DNA from: Kondoa subrosea
Lineage: Eukaryota
Length of the DNA stretch: 64,000 bases
Reading direction: 5' to 3'
Assembly: GCA_039545335.1 (NCBI GenBank)
Contig: BCIN01000002.1
Location: 310,001 to 374,000 of the forward strand
Every line of letters begins with the position of its first letter. Position 1 is the first letter of the stretch. Positions 1-13,183 of the stretch are shown here, one piece after another. Both the position numbers and the translations under genes were made by a program. The notes beneath the pieces were generated by a model that ran no database searches, was not told the origin of the DNA, and was given only the letters and a program-made list of their open reading frames with translations.

Positions 1-3000
1 TCAGCTGTGCGGCTCCGCAAAAGAGCTAGTTACGTACTGCATTTGAGCTCGCTCTCGGTACTGACATTTGCAGTGAGAGCTATTATCGGTATACATCCTG
101 CGCACGGATCAGCTCTGCCCAGGAAAGTAAATCCACGTAGAATCTGACCTTCCAGACGGCCATCGCTTTCCATCTGACGAATGCATCTATGAAGTAGCGG
201 TCAGATACTGTACGAAATCGACCAGCTAGGATTCCAGCTTACTGTGTAGCCTCAAAGCCGTTCATAATGGGCATGTTCATGTCCATAAGAACGCAGTCTG
301 CCTTTAATTGCTCCGCCTCCAGCATATCGACTGCCTCTTTGCCGTTACTGGCTAATCTTGTGTCGTACCCAAGCTTTGACAGGATTCGGGCACCTAGGCG
401 CTGATTGATAGGATTATCTGACGTGCAGGTTAGTTACTCAAACAAGTGTGATACTTCAGTCAGCATACCCTCAACAAGAAGCACGAGCGCTTTCATTGCT
501 TTCATTTCTGCCGACGAAGTTCGGGGAGGAGTAGTTGAAGCTCGAGCGATCTGAGTCGATTCCAAGCTGCTGGGCTCTTCGTTCGCTTCCTTTTGATACT
601 CAGTCGCATCTAAAACGGCTGCTCTGCTTAAGCTGTCATATCGGAGTGTCGTGTCTTCGTCGTCTGGCTCTGTAGAAGCGAACCGTACAAGCTTAAGGCG
701 TTCTGTCTTCGTTGGAGCTGGAGACAGGTAAGGCAAAGGATTTTGCATGAGTTGCAGAGTTTTTTCGAAGAAGAAAGGCCGTTTGAGACGCAAGACATTG
801 CTGGCAGTCATAAGAGCCGGAGATACAGCGAATTGTTCCGTATCATTGTAAGGTAGGCAGATGATAGGGCGGGGAATGGTATTCCTTTTGTCTTCGACTT
901 TATCGTTCGAGAGAAGTATAGTATCGAGCACAGTAAGATTATCGTGGATCCAAGCGAAGTCCAGAAAGATGCTATAGAGACAATGTTGAGTTTGAATTAT
1001 CATCGTTCAAGTTAAGAGTGTACTCACAAATCCGCATCGGCCAAGTCTTTGCTTTGAGAACTTGTTTCGTTCCATTCGGTCACATCAAATTGATATCTTC
1101 TCCAGATTGCTGCCATCTTTGTCTTCACTTCTGGACTACCAGAGCAAATATGTAGCGTAACTTCCGATTTCGGTGTGATATCGTGACCTTCGCTAGTAGT
1201 TCTGCCAGACTGTTGCAGGCGCGCCAGCTGCTTTGAGGTAGGCAGCTTCATAGCGAGATTTATGGAGTCTTTGACTACTTGAGGAGCATCTTCTGCTATA
1301 TCTCTCGCAAAGCCCGCCGCAGGATCTTCTAAGTCTTCGGCTTGACTTGTCGCAAGAGGCAAGATTAATTGTCCATCTTGGATGACGGCATCGTCTTTGA
1401 TATCCGGGTCCTCAAACGTAACTGGCACACAAAGAGGTAGACGAATGGTAAAAGTTGTCTAGTCGCTATGTCAGATCGACAATCAACGGAAAACAATGCA
1501 ATACCTACCCCCTTGCCTTCGATGGAGTCCACATTAATGGAACCGCTCAGGCGTGTCACCAGCTGTTGTACGATGGCTAGTCCAAGACCGGTACCAGCAT
1601 GGGGGCGAGTCAAACTTTGACTAGGCAGTGTGCGTTAGAAGTCGTCGACCTCAAGGCTGGCTTGACATTGCTTACTCCGCTTGGCTAAAGGCGTTCCAAA
1701 GATTTGGTATAAACTTTCTAGGGATGCCTATACCTAATAAAGATGGCGTAAGCACGACTTGTAGGCTTTGTATTGGCTAAGAGACCAACCAGAATCGCTG
1801 ACTTCAAATTTAAGCTCTTTCCCGTCATTGACTACCTCTAATTCGATCAGAATATAGCCTTGCTGAGTGAACCTGCAGAAACTTAAGCGATATGCAGGAA
1901 AGCCACTACATCACAGGGGACTAACTTTAGCGAATTGGACGTCAGGTTCATCACTATCCGGCTGACATAGGTCTCATCTATGAAGACCGTTTCGGGTACA
2001 TTTGGAGAAACCCAGATCATGAGCAACACATAGTTGAAGTCTCGCGGCTGTTCCTCTGTCATAGCGCAAAGGGAAGAGAGCATCGTTCTCAGATTCGTAT
2101 CAGCTGGCCGTGTATCGTCCTTGTCCTGTTGTTTCTCGAGTCTGCTGTAGTCGAGCACCTGACGAGTGATCAGCTGTATGCTGCTCAGAGAATCAATTTC
2201 TGTCCTCTAGAGTAGATGTAAGGAAACCAACGTATTGACGGCCTGAAAAGCCTTGTCAGCATGACCTGCCGAGCGCATTGACGCAAGCTCACCTTCTGGA
2301 TATTGACCAAATATAGATGCTGCTCATCCGTCAGCTCGGTCCGATTCAGTAGCTCGCTGTACCCAGAGACTGTATGTAGAGGAGTGCGACTATGCGCCGG
2401 GAGTCAGGTTCCTGTGCTAGATTTGCCGGCGGGCTGACTTACATCTCATGAGAAGCAACTGAAATGAAAGATTGCTTGAGATTTGCCGCTTGTTCGGCTG
2501 CATCTTTCTGCGCAAGAACACGCCAGAGCCGCCGTTTCGTCATGACGATCTCGACTAATTTATCTCTTGAAGTAGAAGCCGTATTACTGACAACCAGGTT
2601 GGAAACCATGACAGTCAAGATTGAACAACCAATAGTGGCAGTAAGCTATACTGCATTCAATACATCACTCGTACAAGTCCGTAATACTCACAAGAGGAAC
2701 AGAGTAGGCATTAGAATAGCTTGGATTCAGTTCGGCCTTGCTAAAGTAAGTCGCTGCCGCAGCTCCAGTGTAGTGCATAGAAGCCACGCCGCTCGCAGCG
2801 GCAAATGCAAACATAAGCTGACGTGTAAGTCTTGTTTCCTGTCCATGCCTGTAAGCACAGACTCCCATAATGCCCATAATTTCGCATACCAGATCTTGTA
2901 CTGGAAGAGCAGACATGAGTTCTCCATAGCGTATATTCAGGACAGTAACCTACAAAAGCTTGAAGCGACGGTGCAGACCAAGAATGCAATTAGGTACGAA

Positions 3001-4085
3001 GCAGCAACCAACCATAAATTCCAGCGAATGAATCCTTCTTGCACATGCATGGCCAACATCCCCGTATAATGCATTGCGCAAATGGCGAGTGCCCAAACTG
3101 CGCTTCTGACCACAACAACAGGATTTGTGAGATTGGCAATCATGTTGAAATATAGCGCAACGAAGAAATTTCGACCACCTTTTCTTCGCTTGATAGCGTG
3201 CTTCGCAGCTTTCGACAATCCGAGACCGCCGAGAGAAAGGGAGTTGCCAGATGTACCGCTCTCTGAACCGTTTCCAGTTTCGGTAAAGGATTGATCATCT
3301 GTTGATATAGTCGACATCGTGCCGGATGTTGCAGATGTTCCAGAGTTCGTGCGCTCGGAAGCAGGTGTATTCAATCCTGAGCTGACAGCTGAATTCTGAG
3401 AGGAAATCTTGTGTACGGCAAACGCCGGTCTAGCTTGTCCTGAGGAGGATGTATTGTCAGAAGCGCTGTTTGACCGGGATGCGGAATATTGCTCCGCAGG
3501 ATCAGCAAAGTCCCTGGTGTGCACGCTATGATCCACTTCATATTGCTGCTCTTCGTCGCCAGACACCTCCTGAATATCTTCTATGTAATCGGCATCTTCT
3601 TGCTCAGTTTCCCAAGGATCAATTGGCCTGGACAGCAACCCTTGTTCCTCTTCTTGACCTGGAGCATCTCTCTTTTGATCTTCAGCCCTATCTTCCCCTC
3701 GCTTCAATTTCCTTGCCTTTCTGTTGTACTTGCGAGCGGTACTTCGTTTGCGTCTGTAGTATTTTAGAGCCGTATCCCCTGCTAGAGCGAAGAAGGTGAA
3801 GATCACAGCGATAAAAGCACTGAGTGTCGTCAGGAGAGGGTTCAGGGTGATTGCGACGGGAAAGCGCTGGCTGATGATAGCAACAAAGTGGAGCGACCAT
3901 ATCGAGCACAGTCCAAATGTTAAGCTAGCTAGCATGATCCATCTCAGCTTAGTGCTGTAGCGCACAGAGTACTGGGATTGAGCCAGAATCTGAGAAGTGG
4001 AGACTGCGCCCAAGAAACTTGTACTCCAAGCCAAAGCGACCAAGAGCAAGTTGAAGTGAGCATCTAGCTTGACATAGTCGGCCAT
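1..4085 (-). CDS. MHYT-domain hybrid sensor histidine kinase (MHYT x3 - HisKA - HATPase_c - receiver); multi-exon, 3' end runs off window
   Basis: N-terminal hydrophobic helices with WSLHFVA, AMHYTGM and SMHYTG motifs. H-box SFISVASHEI/RTPLH (~2380-2470), N-box IVMNLTSNSLK, G2-box GTGLGLAIV, and receiver DNPINQRL...VLMDMNMPIMNGFEAT...IIALTAN (~60-420). Canonical GT-AG introns lie between them. Confidence 0.92.
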
Positions 4086-4911
4086 GCTTGAGAGCAGGCT
4101 GCAACAACTTGAAGCGCTTTCAGATTTTGCACTCAAACCGGTGCTTCGTTGGTGTCAACCGTTCCACCTCCCTCGTTGGCTCCTCACTACGCAAATCACA
4201 GCACCACTTCGAAACTGCCCAGGTCTGACTAGATTCGCTGATGGAAGGCGATAGCCTGAAGGCTCAAGCAAATTTGTGTGATTATCCAATGGTATAACTT
4301 TGCTTGAAGGTAACGAGCTTGGGCCTAGGGTATACGTAGCACTTCTATGCTGTCCTCCAGAGATGCACCTTGGTTGAACAGGGACAATACTGCTCCACTG
4401 CACGACGGGGAAAAGATCCGACGCTTTGTCTCGCAAGTCGCGAAAAGATACAAGGAACGCGGTCATCTCCGATCAACAGTGCAGCAAGGGTAAGCAAGGG
4501 GTCTCTTAAAGTAAATGCAGTCGAAGCGCGCTGAAATGGTCCGAAGAAGAAAGATTCTTGAGAATTCCAAGATCTACAAACTTTCAGTTTGCGACCGCGA
4601 CTTCGATAGTCGGAGTTAGGCACTAGAGCGACTCCATCTGCCCCTCTACGCAGATTGGCTGCTATACAGCTGACCTCGATCTTGGAGCAAAAGCAAAGGC
4701 ATCGGCTCGCCATCTTAATTCTCACTATTGTTGCCTTTTGCGTCTTCGTGAATTACTGGCGGAACGCCGTCCAAATCAGACCAAGGAATTCAATTGTTCG
4801 CCATCTTTCAAGCTATCCTCTTTTGCGAACGCAACACCGCTACGCTGACAGAGGAGTGGATCATCGAACGATTATAGCTCAACAGCGTTCTGGTATCCAG
4901 TTCAGCTGATC

Positions 4912-7195
4912 ATGCCTTTCCTCTCTCGCAAGAAGGCTGTTCCAGCTGCACCTACAAGTCCTGTGAGGCCAGCTCCGCCTACTGGTACACTTGACATATC
5001 TACCATTTCATTGCCAACCTCCGCTTCCGGCACTTTCAATGGACAAACCAAACCTGTTCAACCTTACAATAATGCGACCCCGGCGTCTTATGGGACTTAT
5101 CGAGCAGAAGCGCAGCAAGCTATTCATCAGCCGCAACCACAATACTCCTCTTACTCCTCCCAAAATGCCGTTTACCCTAGACCTGCTAGTCAACCTCAAA
5201 GCCAGCAGAACGGTCACCAGGATGTGTACATGAGCAATTCGCATGAAGCCCAGATGCCAAGGCATGTTGATCAACACTACCAGCATGCATCATCTTCGCA
5301 AGCTCCCTCTCAACTATACTCTAATCAGAATGAAAGACATCAATATCCTTCGCACATACAGCAAAGCTTCATGCCTGGCCCTTCAGCTCCTGTTCAGCGA
5401 CCCACAACAGGAGATTCGCAGCGGTCAGCTCATAAACATCGGACTGCGCCTGCTCCTATAAATCCGCCGGCCCATCAATCAAGTTACGCTACCCATCGAA
5501 GCAGATCGTCTTCAGCCGAATCGGACGCAGCGATGTCAGATAATGTGCTCTACAATGAAGAGAACGAGCGATCGTCTTCTGGCGCAACTACAATGTCTTC
5601 GGCGAACAGCTCAAAATATGGATCTGGCAATGGCGAAATGCAACATCAGCAGCAGCAGCAGCAGCAACACTCGGCCTATCAGCATCAAGATTATGCTGTC
5701 CCGATGGAAGATGATTCAAACACCTATCACGGACTTCCAGTCAACGAGTCGGTACACAAATCAGCTTACGGAGCTCATCCTTCTTCTTCCGATCGCTCTC
5801 ACACCTCTTCCGTTAGCACTGTTCAACCTCATCTTGTATCTCGGGTTGCGGCTCCGATAGAAGCTTCGAAACCTATTTCAACTGCTATGGCTCCAGCTTA
5901 CTCAAGCTCGACTAATACCTTTTCTTCACCTTCTCTTTCTACTACATCAAGCAAACGAAAAACCGCATCTCGGTATGCTTTAGGCGATTTCAACTTTATT
6001 CGAACTCTCGGCACAGGTTCTTTTGGTCGAGTCCACTTGGTTCGATCTTGTCATAATACTCGCTTCTATGCTGTGAAAGTCTTGAGCAAAGAAAGAGTGG
6101 TGAAGATGAAGCAGGTCGAACACACGAATTCAGAAAGAGAAATGTTGGAACGAGTGAGACATCCGTTCTTGGTCAATCTTTGGGGCACATTCAAAGATGC
6201 AAGGAATTTGTACATGGTCATGGATTATGTTAGCGGTGGTGAATTGTTCAGTCTTTTGCGAAAGTCACAAGTAAGTCGTCCTATTTTCTTACCGCGGGAT
6301 CGACGTTGACTTTGTTTGGACCCAGCGATTCCCTGATCCTGTAGCCAAATTTTTCGCTGCGGAAGTTGCTCTGGCGCTGGATTATCTACACTCTCTCGAT
6401 ATCATCTACCGCGATCTTAAACCAGAAAACATCCTTCTTGCTGCAGATGGTCATATCAAAGTCACCGATTTTGGTTTCGCAAAATACGTACCTGACATCA
6501 CATGGACGCTCTGTGGTACTCCAGATTACCTCGCACCTGAAATTGTGCAATCCCGAGGTTATAACAAGAGCGTGGATTGGTATGCTTTGGGTGTTTTGAT
6601 GTTTGAAATGTTGGCAGGCTATCCGCCTTTCTTCACTGAAGGTCGGTTCTTATGACCTTGTGTGCACGCCTTTGTCCATTCTTGATGATTAGATACGAAT
6701 CCAATGCGGTTGTACGAAAAGATTATCGCTGGAAAAATCCGCTACCCCGCCTATTTCACTATAGAAGCAAAAGACCTACTCAAGAATCTCCTCACTTCTG
6801 ATCTCACGAAGCGTTTCGGCAATTTGGCCAATGGCTCAAGAGATATATTCGCCCACTCTTGGTTGTGAGCATCGAATTTTACGTGAACCTGAACTACTCT
6901 GAATACTTGATTATAGTGGCGAAGTCGATTGGGAACGTCTATATCGCAAAGAAATTCCGGCGCCCTATGTTCCGCGAGTGGAAGGTGATGGAGATTCATC
7001 ATGGTATGTGAAGATGCCTTGTTGGTCATTCGTCGGCTCATTTCCCTTCTCTTTTAGCTTCGAAAGCTACCCGGAAATTGATATTGCAAACGAATACGGT
7101 CAACCTGGACCTGGTGAGTGAGATTTCACGATAACTGATTCTAGGCTAAATATCATCCATTAGATCCTCACGCTCATCTGTTCTCATTGTTCTGA
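4912..7195 (+). CDS. PKA1: cAMP-dependent protein kinase catalytic subunit (AGC/PKA) with long low-complexity N-terminus
   Basis: [61 protein letters not shown]; ends in the FxxF* motif (FSLF*). Confidence 0.95.
5648..5668 (+). repeat. (CAG)n polyglutamine tract in the PKA N-terminus
   Basis: cagcagcagcagcagcagcaa read directly. Confidence 0.8.
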
Positions 7196-7467
7196 ATGAG
7201 TGTCTATTACCTTTCATTTAATTCAGTTCGGTTTAATTGGCATCAACCTGTATTACTCTTCAGTTAAGAACTCCGATAAAATCGCATCGTATTCTCTTTG
7301 CATTCCCACTTTGTATATAGCTGGATCAGTAATGTCATTGTCTGGAATAGATCTTCTGTGTTCTCCAACCGAACACTTCATGACTGTTTTGATCACTGAT
7401 ATTATTCAGTCGTGTCACAAACCTCGAAAACAGCCGAAGATAAGAGCAGGACTGTAGCAAGTCGAGG

Positions 7468-10400
7468 ATGGACGACTGGCGAGTGAAACAGCGAGAGGCA
7501 GATGTCAGCACTGAAGGTCTTCGAAGTGACTCCAGCGCTGAACATGGAAACAGGCAGCAGCAGCAAAAGGTGATCGCAAGGAGCAGCTTGGTCAATACGA
7601 TCGAGCCTTTCAAAGCTACATTCAAGCAGCGCGACTGTACCTCGAAGTACTCAAGATCGCTCCTCAGCAGGAAATCAACAAAGAGCATGTCAAAGCTTCC
7701 TCTGCTCGCGTACTGCAGCGAGCTGAAAGGCTGAAGACGCTTCGCAAAGAGCTCCGATATGTAGAAGAAGACTTGTTGTCCCCAGGTAAGCTGATGTTGT
7801 TCTTATGCTGAAGCTGGGTGCTGAAGCATTCCAAGACCGTCAGAGCGAAGTTCTGTCTCTCTCGTCCAATTTCAACGGAGTACGAATACCTCCGTACAGA
7901 GAGCAATCTCTACCTACAGAGCTTGCTGAGACTTTGCTCTACAGGTAAGTTTCATTCGCTTCGTTTTGTTAATGCCTACTGATTCTCCTTTAGCGACCCG
8001 GCAGGCTTACTGCGACTGTCGAGTTCGCAACAAGAGCATCACGGAAGCTGGAAGCGATTAAAGCATCTTACTGCTTCTCTGTCAAGCGGAAAATCACTGC
8101 GAGGCGAAGATCTCTTTCAAGGCCAAATATCCAATTGCTCTGTTGTCGCTAGCCTGGCAGTATGCGTTGAGCATAATCACCGCTTTGGTGGTAGTGTGAG
8201 CTGCGAGCCCTCTTTATGGCGTGTCTAATTTGCCAGCAGTTAGCAAGATCTTGCTTATCAACTCTTACGAATGCCACAACGCCTGCAAATAACGGTTTCT
8301 ATGTAGTTGTCTTTCATTTCAATGGCTGTCGTCGGACCATCAGTCAGTAATGCATAACTCAATTCGAAGTAATAATCTCATCTAAACCCCAAGCTATCGA
8401 TGATCTGCTTCCGATATCGCATGAAGGCAATCTACAGACGGTTAGATGTAGAGATGGTACTACCTGGCCAGCGCTGGTCGAAAAAGCAGTCAGTACTGAT
8501 TTGTATCTATCAGTTGTCGCCTGATTACGTGCACGATTGCAGTATTTCAAGCTTAGATCGGGTTACCATGTCGGTGGCTCGTGAGTGCTCCAATAGCTAT
8601 TCAATATATATTTACTGATGAGAGCTGCAGCAACTCTAATTTAGACCTACAGTAAGCCTTGCATATAAAAGGACTCGTGAATGTTTTAACCAGCGCTTTG
8701 TAGTCTCCTCACTGGCTGGCTACCGGAAGAGCTTTCATTACATGAGTGCGATGAACTTTTGGTCCTCGCGAATAAGAGAATCTGATTCATGAAATTCAGG
8801 GGTGTCTTCCACCGCGAAAAGACATGGGATCGCCTCTATTCAGGCTACGTAGCTGGTATAATTGGCCATCTGATTTCGGACTTGAGTTGATAGTGGAGCA
8901 GGACAGTGTTTGCTGACCGCTGGCACCAAAGCGACATCAAATGCCTTCATGCAAGATAACGGTCTAATAGCGAAGCATGCTTATGCTGTTCTCGGTGTGT
9001 CTACTTGTGTTTTCTCTACACATACTCTGATACGCTTTGGAGACATGCGAATACATGAAGGCTATCGAGAAGTCTTGCTTTACAATCCTTGGCCTACCGA
9101 TACGACCGAGGTAGGAAAAGACGCTTTCTATGTTCAGTGGGAAGTTCTTTGTCTGCAATTTGATACCATCTATGTCAATTGGGACCCTGCAATGTTCTCG
9201 GAACCGCCTGTAGCTGTTCACTTGTAGGCTCAGTCACTCTCAATGTTCGTCGTCAGACTGACCGCGATGCTTAGCTCTTTGCAAGGAGGCGAGTTCCACC
9301 AGGACTTCTAGACTTTCAGGTTCTGTATATTGAGTCTCTGTTTCACAGGTTCCAGCATACCGCTACAACTGCAACTGGGGCCGACAGCAAGTCTCGACGC
9401 GGAACAAGAAATCTGGTTGCTTGCCTGTAAACATATGTCAAAAGCAGAAAAGGACGAATGGTTCTCGCTAGCCGCATCTTCCGATGGCGGGATCTCTGAT
9501 CCAGCAATATCAAGGGCTGTTCAATCTTCAGTAGGTTGTCAATCTTATTCTGGATCTCCTCGCTGATATCATCATTAGGCTTCGTACAGTGATAGTCCAG
9601 TGAGGCTGGTGAGCCGCGTTTGGGTTTTTATTGGACAGTTCCTAATGAAAACTAAAGACTCGTATTGTTGCCACAAGACCACAAGCTCGATACAACCTTA
9701 CGGCTTCTCATAAAGGTCTTCGCGACAGAGTCAACGCTACTGTCATCGCTTATGCTAATGTCCCGCTCAAGATCACAAGCGTTGTCTCGAAATACCCGAT
9801 CGTTAAAGATGTATGTCTTGTATTTTCGAAGTCCATCTGCGCTTACATGCGGTAGGTCGAGGGTACTTGGATAGGAAGCTCTGCTGGAGGCAATCATGAA
9901 CAACCTAGCTTCTATCAAAACCCGCAATACCTCCTGACTATAGAGGAAGGGAAATCCCATCAAACTGCGGAGCTCTCTCTAAAGCTCGAGACATCACGCG
10001 AGACTGCTGTTCATCTAGCTCTCATACGAGGATCCTCACGTGTATCGAGGTAGAGTCTACCTTACGTCTATGTCTGTTGTACTCATTCCTGTTTTTAGCC
10101 TGGATCGGAAAACCTTAGTTGCTAGTTCAGCTTCTTACAATCATGGTATTACGTCGTGCCAGGCGAATGCGTTATCGCGTGAGTCCCTTTGCGTCTCTGA
10201 AAGACTTCCAATCTGATTATGCAGCCGGTCAATACATCGTGGTCTGTTCAACATTTGCTCCCAGGACAGAAGACACTTTCAAACTTTCGGTTGCCTCCTC
10301 TCTGTCCTTCAATATCGTGCCTGTTCCAGCTGAAGGCGCTGGTATGTTCTCGCAAAGGGTTGATGCGGAGCTGTATGTTCCGGTTCAGGCTTAGGTTTAC

Positions 10401-10864
10401 CAGATCCAGGCTTACATTGGATGATTCACAGCTCTCGGGCTCGACCGTTACGATTAAAGCTGGAAAGCACTCAAGCAATGTCGATTATGTTAGCTTCTTT
10501 GTTTATGTACTCGATCCTTCACTAATACACGTATTACAGGGCGCGCTTACAATACAGGGCTTCTGCTGTCCGTCCAAAGACTAGTTTGACACTTTTCAGA
10601 TGTTCAGACCAGTCGAACGAGAGCAATGTTCTAGCCACTAGCGGACCGCCTGCTGATTCGGTTTGTGGTATCATCCTCCCGCTGTGTCGAGTCAGTGCAA
10701 GCGCAACAGGTGAGCTCATGCAGATAGCTCGAATGTCAGGCTGACACAGAGTCGAATTAGGCTTTGTCTTGGAAGCAATTACGCAAGATTCAATGAAGCC
10801 CCAATTTCGTGAAGTACGCTTGATCGTGTATTCTGATTGCAAATTGAAACTACACATAACTTGA
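7468..10864 (+). CDS. RIM13: Calpain-like cysteine protease PalB/Rim13 (MIT-like N-terminus, catalytic domain, calpain III domains); many small exons
   Basis: MIT-like exon AFQSYIQAARLYL...VLQRAERLK; catalytic Cys QGQISNCSVVASL, His GLIAKHAYAV, Asn LYNPW; YVNWDP; YIVVCSTF and VPAEGAGMF are typical of PalB. Confidence 0.88.
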
Positions 10865-10944
10865 ACAATTGCAAAATAAGATAATTATAACCTAATGTCC
10901 TCACGAAACACAATGCATGACTGATAACCAAAATCTCATCGGTT

Positions 10945-12648
10945 TTACCGCCTGAGCATTGATGACTCGAATGAGGGAACTGTGGGCTTGTTGCCTGGAA
11001 TAGGAGGAGCTTGCTTTTTCTCTTGAGGATATTCATCCGCGCCGTATAAAGGTTGCTGCTGAGCTGGCTGACCAAGAGGAATGGCATTGCTTGCATTCAA
11101 TCCATCCTTCTCGTTTGTCATATCAGGTTGTAGGACAACTTGTCCGACTTGTCCGCCATTGTTGAATTGCGCCGTGACAGCGCTTTTGCCGAACTAAGAA
11201 CGATTGAATCAGCTCATCCGAACAGCAACGCAGCCACAGTGACCTACACCTTTGACCAAAGCTTTGCGAGCCACACCTCTTGCGTCGATGTAGACTAGAG
11301 CAACATGTCTTAAGGAACCGAAAGTCTTCTTTGACGCGTCTGCCGCATCAGGACCGAATCGATGTCCTGTTAAGTTCTCGTCGGCTTGAGGAACCGAAAC
11401 CAGGGCACAAAGACCTACCGACTACTTGAGTCGAAGCATCGCCTGTGCTGGAAATGATATGTTTCGATCCAACTTCGAGCGATTCCAGAACGGTATTGAC
11501 TGCTGTCAAGCCATCACCCAAGAACCTTTTAACCTGTGTAAAGAAAGAAATCTTTAGGCCTCAAAACACGATACCATTCTTCAAATACGCACCGCTCCGG
11601 GAGGTTTGGGAGTTCCGTCTTTGTTAGTTCTGTTGTTTCCAATACCACCAACTTTAGTTCCTACACTTCCAGCGACATCCACAATCGCATTCAGAGTCTT
11701 CGAGGTGAAATCAAAAGCGGTAGAAGAGAAACCATGAACTTTGTTGATGCCCGTTTTTACTGAAGGTGAGAAAACCAAAGGAGAATCGGTTTTCTGAGTT
11801 TTCGAAGTATAGGAACTAGCAGCTGAAGACATCCCTGATCCCAATTTCTCTGCTCCGTACAAAATACCTCTAGAAAGGTATTCTGCTCCACCAACGATTT
11901 TGGAAGAAGATTTCCCATATTTCGCTGTCACGTCGGCTAGAGAACTGATTTGTACATTTGGTGTACCGTTAGGACTACTTGTTCCATCAAAAGTAACGAC
12001 TACGGGTTCTTTATTGTTTGAACTTGCATCGAATTGTTGCTGAAGGTTGTGATCTTCATTGAAGGGTAGTGCGAGATCTCCAACGATATCACCATTTGAT
12101 TCATCCATGAGCACAAGTCCTATAAAAGACCATATAAGTACTATATTTGCGTGAGAGGAACTAAGGAACGAACTCGAATGCCCATGATCTGTAGCTGTAG
12201 GATCCTGGAAGGACGTATAACCAGATAAGATGCTCTCAAACAATTCCCTCTCTTCTACACTTTCTGATTCCAATTGTAGCTTGGCGAATCCACTATCGTC
12301 ATCTATCGCTTGTGTAGGTGTAGCAGGCTTGTTCTTGGGATGTAGGTGTTTGGCGGGCCAAACGTAAGCAGATCCCTGGGTAATGACCTGCACTCCAGTA
12401 GCAATGGCTATAGAACCACAAGATCTTACATCAACCGACAATTACACAACAAATCGAAAGTTTTGGAGCTTACCCATTTCTACACCAGCTACATCGATGA
12501 CCAAGTACTGGTCCTGACCCTGAGGTGTAGGTATGCTGGCAATCACAACTTGCAAGCGTCCTCTTGCCAGTTCAGTGACTTGCCCTTCCGCAATAGCAGA
12601 TAGAATCGCTGAGCGAGTCTCGAGCAGAACGTTGCCTCCTTGTGCCAT
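10945..12648 (-). CDS. Senescence/spartin-associated domain protein
   Basis: Spliced ORF from MAQGGNVLL, containing IVGGAEYLSRGILYGA...LVFSP and C-terminal VVGHRFGPDAA...NMLLVYIDARGVARKALVK, characteristic of fungal spartin-like proteins. Confidence 0.8.
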
Positions 12649-13183
12649 GATCGTGAAGTACAAGATTAGATCTGAAGATTTTGCTTGCGAGCTGGAGCAA
12701 GATTAAGCCAAGAATTTCCGACCAAACGCGCGCAAACAACGAAATTATGTCATCGTGCAAATCCCGAATGCTCGTCTAAAATAGTGACAGTCAGAAGCTG
12801 TGCGCATTGCTAAAAGATCAACTCTCAGCATAAATTAATTCAAGAAGATGACTTCTTTCTAGACAATCACCTGATTTTAAGACATTTGTCCCACTCGAGA
12901 TGAGCTTTACAAAGCCGCATCCGTACCTCCTTCAACTATAAAGGTGACAAATTGCTGTGTAAGAGTAGCTGTCTACAGCCAGATAATAACAGGTTGATGC
13001 TAAAAATGCAATGATAAGGTACAATAACTGCTCAGAATGATCAGTAAATATCTATAATTCGTTCAACACAGACATACGTGATGAATAATATATTCCTTCC
13101 TTCTTTCCTCTCCCAGATTCCCAACTATTAAGAAATCAGCCTTATGATTCAAGAGAGTCGCGTTTTACACACCATGCACTCTT

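Noticed and set aside
2464..3069. 201-aa plus-strand ORF (and many similar antisense ORFs in the track)
   Set aside because: It is the antisense shadow of well-supported coding exons on the opposite strand and has no motifs of its own.
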